A DNA stretch of 47,206 nt, the filler included, from Sphacelaria rigidula (Eukaryota), in the NCBI GenBank assembly GCA_964200075.2. It is 2 parts of 2 records of this genome, joined end to end, with 100 filler letters (N's around TTAATTAATTAA, not from the genome) between each part and the next. Parts side by side here need not be neighbours in the genome. Positions count along the whole stretch, not along the records: positions 1 to 23,571 come from CAXNAA020000257.1; 1 more part is not named here. One strand, given 5' to 3'. The notes under the pieces were generated by a model, which made no database searches, was not told the DNA's origin, and saw only the letters and a list, made by a program, of their open reading frames with translations. How positions within the stretch are numbered: position 1 is the stretch's first letter; each line of letters begins with the position of its first letter. The position numbers and the translations under genes were made by a program. Shown here piece by piece: positions 1 to 11,100 of the stretch.

Positions 1-68
1 CACCGAAAGGTGTAGACTGGTGCCCAGAATAAATGGGACGACAACACACACACACACAACACAACACA
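1..68 (+). mobile_element. 3' end of a SINE (same family as 30341-30706), cut by the window edge
   Basis: ACCGAAAGGTGTAGACTGGTGCCCAGAATA...CGACAACACACAC closely matches ACCGAAAGGTGTAGACCGGCGTCCAGAATA...CGACAACACACAC at ~30644-30700. Both end in a CA/CAA-rich tail. Confidence 0.65.
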
Positions 69-1039
69 GTCAAAGGGCTAACGCGTTGTCGTTCTCTTCT
101 GTAGCCTCTGTATTCTACGAGTATAGTAGCGTCCGTGCGAAAAATATCTTGGTGCCGCAAGTCCATGTTCGACGTCCGATGCCAAAGAGCGTGCACTCAA
201 TCAGTACCGGCGAAAGCAAAAAAGGGATGCCGTTGAATATCGCGAGATAGCGTGCAGTAGTCAGCAGTCAGTAGTTCTGCAAACGTCGATTAGTGATGAA
301 TTTTGTGGAGACGCCCAGATGTCACCTTTCACTGTCGACAGATTTCGGTCTTTGTTCGGCGCCGTCTAGATATTTCCGGAAGATTCAAGTGTTGTCGGCC
401 CGTTGCGTTTTTCTTGAATAATCGACATGGAAGTGTTGTTGTGTACATGCAAAGTACACGTTTCGGACGTCCTACTCAATTTACCTACTAAAATAATGGG
501 CTGGTGAGGTACAGTGTTTGTAACCGCAGCGACTTCCGGCGGCTGTTTATGCGTCCAAAACTACGAGCTAGAATACAACGTACGTAACTTGATAAAAAAA
601 AAATTACAACACGACAGAGCTGGATGGGCATTACTAGCATATTCGCTGGCAATTCTGTTGCTCGGTTGTGTCATTTCGAGTTTACTGAATATGGACGCAT
701 ATCACGCCACATATTGAAACATGACTATACTCGACAGACCAAGAACACAACACATATGATGATGAAATCTGACAAGTTTTTTAATGGCCATCCAAGTCTA
801 TGATGAGGTAGATATACTCGGAACTTGGGTTTCAATTCTGCGCGAGTAAGTATTGAACATTTCGCGGGGCGTACAAGTGCCCATTCTATCCACGAATCCG
901 GAGTGACAGGGCGAAGAGACTGGGTCCCTCAAACAACCAAGCCATCACTGTGTATGTTGGGGTGGTGTTCACAAGTGATCGAGCGGGAGGCGAGGCAACG
1001 AGCCTCGCCACGACTTGAGCGGCCGCTCCACGCTAGCTA

Positions 1040-1656
1040 GCTTTATAAGATCAATTTTGAATATTTTTCTGTGTTTTTTTATACAATGTACATGGGGTAT
1101 GTGCAAAGCCCTTATCGTTTCCCCGTCATTTTTTTTCCCTCATGAGTTGTTGGTGATCGAAAATTCGGAATATATATATATTGGTACAAAATCGTCGACA
1201 ACTCATTGAAAAAAATAAATCAAGGGGGGACATATAGTAGGGTCTTCACAACATACTCATGCACATCGTGTCAAAATTTCGTGGGAAAAGACTTGGAATT
1301 GAACAGAACAACCGCGTTTCATTTTTTCGTAGCTGGTTCATCTCCACACAGGAACCGGTCTTTGACACGAACACGCCATTATGCTGCTCAATTTTGTGTA
1401 ATTTTTCATGATTTTTTTATACGACATACAGGACTAATGTGCGAAGACTCCATAATCTCTCCCCTACATCTTTTTCTCGGCGACTTATTGGCGACCAAAC
1501 ATTTCAGAACTTTTTTTGGAACTAAATCGTGAGAAACTTACGAAAAACAAAAAAAATGCAGGGGAGGGATTATCGGGTCTTCGCACTTACGTCCTGTACA
1601 TCGTGTCAAAGTTTCATGGAGAACGACCCAAAATTTAGCAGCATAATCGCGTGTTC
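1040..1656. repeat. Two tandem imperfect foldback (hairpin) units of ~280 bp, MITE/foldback-like
   Basis: In unit 2 (1369-1656) the left arm GAACACGCCATTATGCTGCTCAATTTT...GTGCGAAGACTCCATAATCTCTCCCCT is the imperfect reverse complement of the right arm AGGGGAGGGATTATCGGGTCTTCGCAC...AAAATTTAGCAGCATAATCGCGTGTTC. Unit 1 (~1040-1320) is a more diverged copy that shares CATCGTGTCAAA.TTTC.TGG. Confidence 0.7.
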
Positions 1657-3159
1657 ACATTCCTGTCCGCGTCTTGGGCGGCCCACCCTGTAATAGTACC
1701 ACCCGCCAGCTCGCTGGTGTTATTAGCCCTAATTTATCAAGCTGAAGAAACTCATGACTCGATTTCCAGCGTTCCACGTGTGCACGAACGCTGCATGCAC
1801 CAAAAGAGAACCATGGTTCTCCTTTTTGGAGGCCTTACAGTCCTGTACTGCCCCTGCTCCTGGGGTCGGTCGACTCGCCCGGGCGCTCGGGCTCGGCGGG
1901 GAATGCAGAGGGGGGCGGAGTATTGCGGCGACGGGGGGCAGGGAGTTTCGCGTGGGAGTGGAGGGTGCACTAACATCATTCCTGGAAGATTCATGCCGGG
2001 AGCGAGGTGCTATGACTTTCGCGACTGCGCGACTATCTGCCCAAACTTTCAGGACAAGTTGAAACAAGGTGTTCACGTCACCCGTGAGGACGGAAGTTTC
2101 GCAACGATGATCACGGTCGGTAGCCTTGATACTTTCGCTGGCTTAGGTTTACGTTTCAGGGAGGATTCAACGACTGGTTGCGACAAGGTATCAACAAATA
2201 CTTGCCACGACTCACACCTGCAAGTGGCTGTTCCATTGTTTAATCCTGTAGTGGGGACTTGGATCGCGCTTTTATGGCATGAGGACGCGTAACGCAGACA
2301 GCGTTGTATTCAGAGGCACCTTGTCGAAAGGTTGCGAGGGCGAACGCGTTTTCCTCGACGCTATTTGATGGCGTGCCCTGCGTAGGGGGATTTAGAGGTG
2401 CCCTGCTCACAAGTGCTTTCGATGTTCACCGAGAGAACAGACCAAGCGATCTAACCATTCATGACTTGGTTGACAGTGGGAGTGTACCCTGATTAATCAG
2501 CGGTAAAAATATGGTAACAAGCTGGTCGGCGCGTTTTCCGTTGTTGGTCTCGACATTAACAGATGGGCAAAACGGGTTCATGATGTACGGCACATCGCCA
2601 TCATTGCTGCCTGCGAGGTTATTGTCAATCGGCGGAGGTGCGACTACGCTGGCAAAACTCCGGGTGGCAGTAGGCCGGTACAGGCCACCATGATTCTCTG
2701 TTGAAACCTGAGACCTCAGCACAACCGCACCACTAGATATGCTGATGCCACTCAACATCCCAGACACGACTCGTATATCACCAACTCTTCGAAGCACGTC
2801 ATCGCCGTTAGAGCGATCTCCGTTCACTGTTTCAAGTGTTGAATTTTGGTTGAGGGAGAGCACCCGTCCCGTCAGCATCACGTTGCATTCGGACGGAATG
2901 GGAGCCCACAATTTGCCAAGCAGCGTAGGCAACGGATCAGCAATAAGAGACGACGTTACAGGTGAAGACCTCGAAGGACTTGTGGCGTTCCAGCTCTGAA
3001 AAGCTGCGGTAGTCTCAGCAGGCTTACAATACCGCTTATCTGCAACTACTTCCATATCACCCACTTGCCCATGGTCAACACTAGAAGAAAACACATGCGC
3101 TTCAAAACCTTATCCAATGATCCAACTTTTTTCCCTACTCTATCGCCCCACGATTCCAT

Positions 3160-6100
3160 AATGGACGGGTAGGAAGGTCAGGTATCTCTTGTCAGAGACA
3201 CCGTGTCGAACTTTCATCCTGTACGTTGGGGTTTTGGTCACAAGCGGTCGGCTGAGGGGTAGGGCGACGAGCCTAACCCCGACGTAAGTGACCGCTCCAC
3301 GTCAGAAAGCTCTGTCAGATCAGCGACATACCATACGTAGTAGCATGGCACATATCATGCGGGGCTGTCTCATGTCAATAACCTTCAACCTAGCAGACAA
3401 GTCGAATTCTGTCATATTTGCATTTGCCTATGCTACCACAGGCCTGTCTGAATTGAACGATGAGAAGGATATGTTTCGGGTTGACTTGTACCGCACTGTC
3501 AGCCGAGTTCCCGAAAACGATCACCTCTCTCTTGTGAAAGACGCTGATACTAGGACTCGAGTACGAGGAACAGAGGAGAATCGTGAAGTAACAGAGGCAT
3601 ACGAAAAGGACTCACGAGCCAGCGACAGCAACGTCATCGCATTGTTACCAATGGCAGATGGCAACAAGCTTATAAAAGTCAGTGACTTGTTTTCTACCCG
3701 CAAAGGAGGCAGTTCGCGTACGTTCAACGGAGTTGCGAGCCATCCCGCAGACAGAGAAGACATGACCTGCATCATCACACGGCAAGGCAAACGCCGGGTT
3801 GTTCGAAGAGCCACTGTCCACCTGCTTGCCTAACTCGCCGGACTCGGACCACAGCATTACGTGCTCCACACTTGGACTCGTTCGCAGATACACACGCGAC
3901 AGACAACAGCGAGTCCTCACCGCGCGCAAGCTCATACGTTAGAGAGCAGATGTGCCCATCATCGACAGACGTGGGTAACGCATCCAGGCTATCGGCAAGA
4001 AGCTCGCGTAGGGCAAACCCCGAGATACCGTCGGTGAGTTGACCGCGAACTTTGCCGAAACACTTGCGAGGTCTGGTGAGTATATGATGCCATGTCCGAC
4101 GCAACAGTCTCGTCAAGAAGAGTTGTTCGAGGATGCTGCGATCTGACACGAGTCCGAAGAGGCGTGGAATGAAGGAGCTGACGGCGATCGATGGGTGTTG
4201 GGCCGAGAGATCACCCCGCCTGGTCCACCTTGCGAAAAACTTGCAGGAGGTTCAAGGAGGCGATCTGAGCCAGGTTGGACAAGTGCTCGGACGTGTTTGC
4301 AAGGAAACTGTAGGGATACAGTAGAATAGGAATCATGCGCGGCTGGTACAGGCATTCGACGGGAGAAAAAAATTCGGCTAGAAGGGAATTGGCACAAGAT
4401 TTTACAACGCATGGGTCAGATCCGTGAGAGATGGAAGCCTTACACTTTTGCTTCGCTGGGTTCAATATGAGCGACCCTCAATCCAACCGTTCTCGAGAGC
4501 GTGACACCCATTGCCGAACGCCAAACGGTCGAAAACGCGCTAATTCTGGATGAAACGTAAGGGGCATTGATGGTTTGACTAACGATGAAGCGATCGGACA
4601 GGGTGGGTCACCTGCTGAACTCGTCAAGCTTGGATTGGTCGAGGAGCCTTCGAAGGCCCTGAGCATCTTCCACGGCATAATCGTCGCGGCGTTGACTCCT
4701 GGCGAGGCGCCGCAGGGATGAAACGACGGCGCTTTCTGAGTGATACACAAGGACCAGTATACGACTAGTGTGGTAGCTGCAGGGGCTCTGCCTCGTCGCG
4801 GATGCTGTCGAAATAGTCCTACAGCTGGTAGCCAATAGAATCGATACTTTTTGCGAAGATGTAGGGATTTCCTCGGAGAATCAACGCGGATTTCGGCGCC
4901 AAAGATTGACCGTTGACATGATGCTCGTCGTACGACAACTACAGAACATGAGACAAGCGAGCAACAGCACGTTGAACATGTGTCTCATCGATCTGCAGAA
5001 CGCGTGCGACTCCGTGGGCCACACGCTTTCATGTTGGAGTCTTGCGTGTGGATGATCAAGGTCATTCGTATGTTCGACGATGACATGCGTGTAAGGTTCG
5101 GGGGGGTGGTGGCCAACTGTGAGACTGATTGCGCGATTGCCAGAGCCCCACGCAGGGATGCACTTTGTCCCCGTCGCTATGCAACGTATTTTTCCACAGC
5201 ATTGGTTGGCTTGGGTTTGCGGCGTTTCGCGGCAGATCCGACTGTCGTGTCATAATCGGTGTATCTAGGCAATGCACCGAAGAGTGACGATAGTAACTCC
5301 GAGGGCGAGGCGCCTGTGGAGAGGATGCGACGTCCGGTGTGGGGAATGCCGCACGCGCGTGACGCGGGTGTAGTCTCGAGGACTCCAGGCACTCTTGCCA
5401 GGGTGATAGCTGTGATAACGGTGGTTTTCAGGAGTACGGACTGACAATATCGGAGTACAAGACAATGGTCATACATGTGTGGTCAGTACCGAGCTCTCCA
5501 ACGACCACATGCACATTGAGGCGACTACCCAACGGTACTGGTACACCGCCGAGTTTTTGTCACCTGGGCGATGCCACCAACGGTACTGGTGCACTGACTT
5601 CGTGCGCTGCACCAACGCTGCGCGGGCACGCGTCTTAATGTACAGCTCCCAACTCTATGGTGGACTCAGTGCTTGGTGTCTTGCTCAAACTCCGGATGCT
5701 CGAAGCGGAGGAGGTGTTAGCCATGCTACATGGGTGTGCAACGTTGACATTGCACGTGGAGGAAAACTCTGCACTCTGCCCACCACAAGCTCTTGACTGC
5801 CGACAGATAGCTTCTGTAGAAAGACCACGGTCGACTCAAGACTTTCTCGTGCAGCGTCGTGCTCGAGATGACGGGATGCGAATGTATCGCGACGTCCGTC
5901 CGCAAGCGTCAACTCTGCTTTGCGGTGACCCTCTAGCAAAACGAAACACGTCTCCTGGAGGGCATCATCTTGAGACAATCAGGTGCACAATGACCTGAGG
6001 AGGGTGACCGGCCATCAGAACTCTGGGAAGTGCCTCCAGAAAACCTGGGTGCCTTGGAGGCTATCCCACGGAAGAGAGAACGAGGGGAGCATCTCGTTTA

Positions 6101-6450
6101 TGCAAGTTACGTTGAAAGTCTCGCAAGGCTGGGGTCACTGCCGCTGAGACACGTCGGTAAATGGCAGTGGGCGGTCGAGGAAGGGACGGGGGAGTTCGAG
6201 GAGGTGTGGTTACGCCAAGAACTCCGTCGGTCTGGTGACACGAAGAACTCCGTCGGTCCGACCTACCTCACAAGCAAGGGGCTGGGGCTTTGAAAGTCGC
6301 CACAGTCAACATAATACCGGCAACAACAGTCCGAGAGGAGTTCAAGATAGAAGTCCCTGAGAGAGTGGCGCGCGGTGTCCCTGACTAGGGATGAGCGGAG
6401 AAGGGGAATGATAACGCGGGAACTGTTATCCCTGTCATATCTTATCAGCT
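3160..6450 (+). mobile_element. Decayed RTE-like non-LTR retrotransposon (APE endonuclease plus reverse transcriptase)
   Basis: ORF 3288-3833 resembles an APE domain (AFAYATT...DADTRT...LFSTRKGG..RTFNG, then an SDH motif at ~3845). Remnants at 4560-5020 read as LINE RT N-terminal motifs (PAELVKLGL, ENQRGFRRQRLTVDMMLVVRQLQ, MCLIDLQNACDSV). FAAD at ~5226 and a PHARD remnant at ~5349 follow. There are many stops and frameshifts, and the ends are approximate. Confidence 0.85.
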
Positions 6451-6844
6451 GTTGCCTTCTCTCCTTGGCTTTGAAGTCCATCGATCTCCGTCCCCTGGCT
6501 CTGTTACCTGTTGATGTTTCGCTTTTTCACAGTTCATGCGGATATTATATGCCTTTATTTCACTTTGTTTGTTTCCCCTACTTGTCTTTTCTTGGGCTGT
6601 GTTTTTTCTCTCCATATTTCGTTTTTTTTCCTTCCTCTCTTCTTCCCATTGACCGTCGGTGTTCGTGTGCCCTGCAGAATTCATGGCTGAAAGTTCCTGC
6701 CTCATAGTGTGGTCTCCTTGTGGTTGAGTCGTAACCTGCTTCCACTGCCTTGCTTTTTGTGTCACCTCCTTCTCTCGAGCCCTGGCGGAGGCTTGTTGAG
6801 TGTTTTCCTGAGACTAGCTCATGAGCTGCCGAGACGTGAAGTGT

Positions 6845-7030
6845 TGAGTATCCCGAAGTACTTCGAGTGTCGCCCACAGAAAATATTGAGAATTCCAGTA
6901 CCTGGGGTGTCGCTTCCAGAAAATAATATGTACTGTATTCCGTAGTACCTGGATTATCGACTGCGGAAAATAGTGTGTATCCCCAGAGCACCAAACCTAT
7001 CGACACCTTAAAGGTTACTCGTACTCGTGC
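6845..7030. repeat. Degenerate minisatellite (~40-bp units, about 4 copies)
   Basis: A recurring pattern GTAT(C/T)CC..AGTAC(C/T)T..G.(G/A)TCG...GAAAATA. Confidence 0.45.
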
Positions 7031-7952
7031 CCTCCCCTATCGTATTCTAAGAATCCTTTTGGTGTTTGTGATCCCGGTACGTTAATGTCACCATGTCAAA
7101 GCGGCTGAATTCGCTGCGGATCACGTGATATGCGATACTCAACCAATGACTGAATGAAAAGATGTACCAATCGATCAATCAAAAAGCCAATCAAGTGGGT
7201 GTGGGTGCGTACGATGGAGCATGGGAATACCCGGTGAGAACATACGCGTTTATTGTGGAAAGCACGTTCCTGATGTTCTTGTGGTTCATTACTCCGGGTC
7301 GGTCCCCTAGACAAGACCCACGAGGATCATTTCCCACGACCAACAGTTGCGAGCTGTCTGTCCCCAGCAAGGGACTCACTCCCCGTAGGACTATCAATCT
7401 GTGTGTGCTCCACACTACTACAGTACATCCACGAGCCCAGACTCTGAAACCATGGTGTAATAGAGTATCAACACAGCGCCCGCGATACCGCAGCCAGTCT
7501 CCCTTGAAAGAGAGCAACGTGTTTTCATCATCTTGACCCTTTTGCAAACCGTTGATGAAAAAATGACGATTTACAGTTGACGTTTTCTTGGGCAAGATTT
7601 GGTTGTTTTTCTGCAAGTGTTGATAACGCAGTCCACCAAAACCGTGCACCACTCTAAGTTCAAGTATACTACTGAGACAGATTCGTGAACCGAATCCGAA
7701 CTGACGTTTTCCTGGTGACGTATATGGGAGTTTGTACTGTATTTCGCGAGTTCCAATAGTGTTGATCTTTATTTTCGATGTACACATATAGAAAACTCGT
7801 ATGCTGTGCATTTGAAGGACCGCGTCAACGTCACCTCATCGGCGACAGCTGTACTGTAAAAGGTTTTGTAGTGAAGATCGTGGAATGTGCAAGGGCATGG
7901 TGAAGGCTTTATCGAACCCTTTCGCCCCGAAATACGACGTGAAATGTACCAG

Positions 7953-8107
7953 GCCGTTCGTATGGGGCTTCTGGACGGGTTGAAGAAAAGCGGCGGAGAC
8001 GTGGCCAAGTCAAGGACCGCCGATATCCTCACGACCTACGAAAGCCGCGTCAAACAGATCAACGACCTGGAAGAAGATATCGAAAAATTGTCAGATGATG
8101 AGCTCAG
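7953..8107 (+). CDS. secA: SecA exon ([12 protein letters not shown]...EKLSDDELR)
   Basis: CAG acceptor ending at 7952 and AG|GTGAGG donor at 8108. An in-frame ATG lies at 7962. Confidence 0.85.
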
Positions 8108-11100
8108 GTGAGGCGCTGTACAATTGGGGGTAGGGAGGGGTGTACTCTATGACCTTGCATGCCATGATCATAAAACCATTGACCTCGTATCCCTCAAAAT
8201 CCGGGACGGCGCACACCGGGTTTTCGCCGGACCAGCCTCGGAATCAATCGCCAAGCGCGAAGCGTTGGGATGTGTTCGGCGATTCGCATGAAGGATGATC
8301 TGCATCCTGCTATGATTGTTCGGCCCGAAGCACACTAATTATCTTGCATATGGATGACAGCCTCTAATGAGTTGCTTCATTTTCTGGTGTCGCCACTCGC
8401 AGAGACAGTCACGGCTTATACACTGCCTCATGGATGTCTCACCATTTCAACACTGCGCGGTTTGGTCATCCCCTCGGGCGCGGAGTGGAGGTTCTCCACC
8501 CGGCACGATACGATATAGCTCGACCACCATAACTATCACAAAAAGGCAAGCTAGAGAAAGAAACGGTAACCTGGGTGCCTGTATTATCCAGTGAGTGGCG
8601 CGTTTTACAGCGTCGATGCCAGACGACGCCAACCCTCACAAGGGCGCGCGTGGATGGGGGTGGGTGGGGGGGGGGGGGAGAGTACGGGACGAAGTTGCGC
8701 GCTGCGCTACGACCGTACAGTGCAGCAGTGCTGTGACGTGTCGAGATGATGGAGGTGTTGATTTCATCTATTGTTTGCTACTGGGGGTGCTGTGTACCTC
8801 GTGCATCGCTACCTGAATGCCTGGATGATGACTGGATTGTTCGTTTAGGCATTTCCTTGGTCGAAACTACTACGACAAATCATGCGACTTTTGACTTCGC
8901 TGTCTTCTCGTCAGCATGAGTTATTTTTGTTTGTTTTTCTGTCCTGGGTTCAGCTTGAGCCTCTCCCCTTCCTCAGGGCGAGTCCGTGGTCTCGGGGATT
9001 TCACCCGTCTATGTCTCCCCCGGTGCATCGCCGTGCACTTGTATTGTGTCGAATATTAGACAGGTGACACTTTCGTGCTTTTCTGTACCTCGTGTTCCTT
9101 TCGATGTCGTTGACATGCCTTGCTCCGGGGACAGACAAAAGACAGCAGAGTTCCAGAAGCGGCTTGCATCTGGCGAGAGCATGGATGACGTGCTAGTGGA
9201 AGCCTTCGCGGTTGTGCGCGAGGCTGCGTGGAGGGTGCTGGAGCTGCGGCACTATGACGTGCAGGTGCTTCCTACCCAACCTCAGTGGAACCTGACTCAT
9301 ACGACTACCCCGCTGGTTTCGCTAACTTGTCATATTCCATCGGTTGGCTATCGCTTCACTTCAGTTGTACGCAGTACAGTAGTAGTATCCATTCACGATC
9401 TCGTCGAAATGCAAAGCTCGGCTTGTGTCGGCTGGCTGAACGTTGACCATGATCAATACATAGACCCGGTCCGGCCCGCGAGCATGGAAGAGCTGCTTGT
9501 TCGAGTCGAAGCTCATTTCAGCACTTTTGCAGATTTTGAATTACCTTGTTTCTCATTACACTACAATGAGCAGGGGGCGCAAAAGGGACTCTCATTTCTT
9601 CCGCTGAATCCCGCTCTCAAGAATATGTAACTTTGGCTCAGTTTCTCATGACCCCTATTCTCAACCATCGAACTGCGAGCTCGTTTCAGGACAGTAGTTT
9701 CGTTAACCTTCCTATAGGTAGACACTCCGGGGTGTACCTTTAGGAGGAGGGCCGGGTATGCATAGGATTTTTTCCCTGTAGTGGTACTGTACTTGCCTCA
9801 TAGGATGATACCCAATATATATATATATATATTGCCCTTTTTCTATTTCCCCGTTTACTGAATGAACCCGACTCTGAAATGTGCCCTCGTATTTACTTGA
9901 CTCTTTTGGAACCGGGCCTGCAGAACGACCAACGAGGCTGGTTAGGAATGACGTGTCCTGGATATGCATGAAACAGTGGCTTCATGTTGCTAAACATCAA
10001 CGTATGTATGTATCGGCAGGGTTAGATGAAGACCGAAAGTTTCATCCAATTTATTTTCAGGTGCAGGTACAATCTGTGTGTACTATAATTCGGGTGTTGT
10101 GCGCATCAGGCAATATATAGATGTATCAAGCAGTATCAGTCGCGGTGGAGAGCTTTGAACAGGATGTAGCAACCGCCGCCCGCCACTTGTGGCCTTGGAT
10201 ATTGTCCCCATCACCTTGCCACACCTTTATGGTCGGGGTGGGTCTCGATTTCTCTCTTTGTTGCAAGCGGAAAATTCTCTTCGAACGACATGGTTGTTGC
10301 GCCGCAGATACCGTACGGTGCAGCACGCTTTTCCGAATGCAGCAGCAGCTGCCGCTGCATGCTCCATCATATGTTCTGGGCAGTTCTCCGCGACAGAGAT
10401 CAGCTGCCTATGCACAACAAGTTCGTTACCGTCGACTACACACGACCTCACCGCTGCTTGTACCGCTTCGACAGAGGGATACGCAGAACGCAAGCCTCTA
10501 GCTCCATCTCTCGTCTCACAGCGTTGCCAAATTCAGTTCCCTTGTCAGCATGACCACATATATAGTAGGGTACATTTATTCCCGAATTTCCCCCGAGAAC
10601 TACGTGTTTGTGTTATCAACTAGGGTTTACTATAGGATGGTGACCCAAAAACAAATCGGGGGATGAGAGGCCAGGCCTACATAAAATACAAGTAAATGAT
10701 GAAAAATTCGGGAATCCGAGCCCCGAGAACTTGGGCTTTCTTTTACTTCGAAGGCTTTCTTGTGGGCCAGGGCCAGGGTACACCAACTTTGCAGTGACAT
10801 CACTCCCGGCGACAGCCCCCCCCCCCCTGGTCGTCCTGATGTGGTCGATAAATTTTGCCTCGCCCTGATTGGATAGGTCGCTCCCAGACTTGTTCATTAT
10901 TATTTTACTAACACATGGGGAACATGGTGTTGGTGAGCTTCAGTCCCAAAAGGGTTAAGGCATCGACTTTGAACCTGCGGCAAACCGTGAGCGGTGCGAC
11001 AGCAGTGCAGCGGTGGCGAATGTTGTCTGCACCTGCACGAGTCCTACTCTTGCCTGCTTTGCTGCTTTCCCTCACACTTCCCTCCCTTTTTGTAGAGAAG

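Noticed and set aside
6845..7030. Regularly spaced repeats as a CRISPR-like array
   Set aside because: The units are degenerate and lack unique spacers, there are no cas genes, and the context is eukaryotic.
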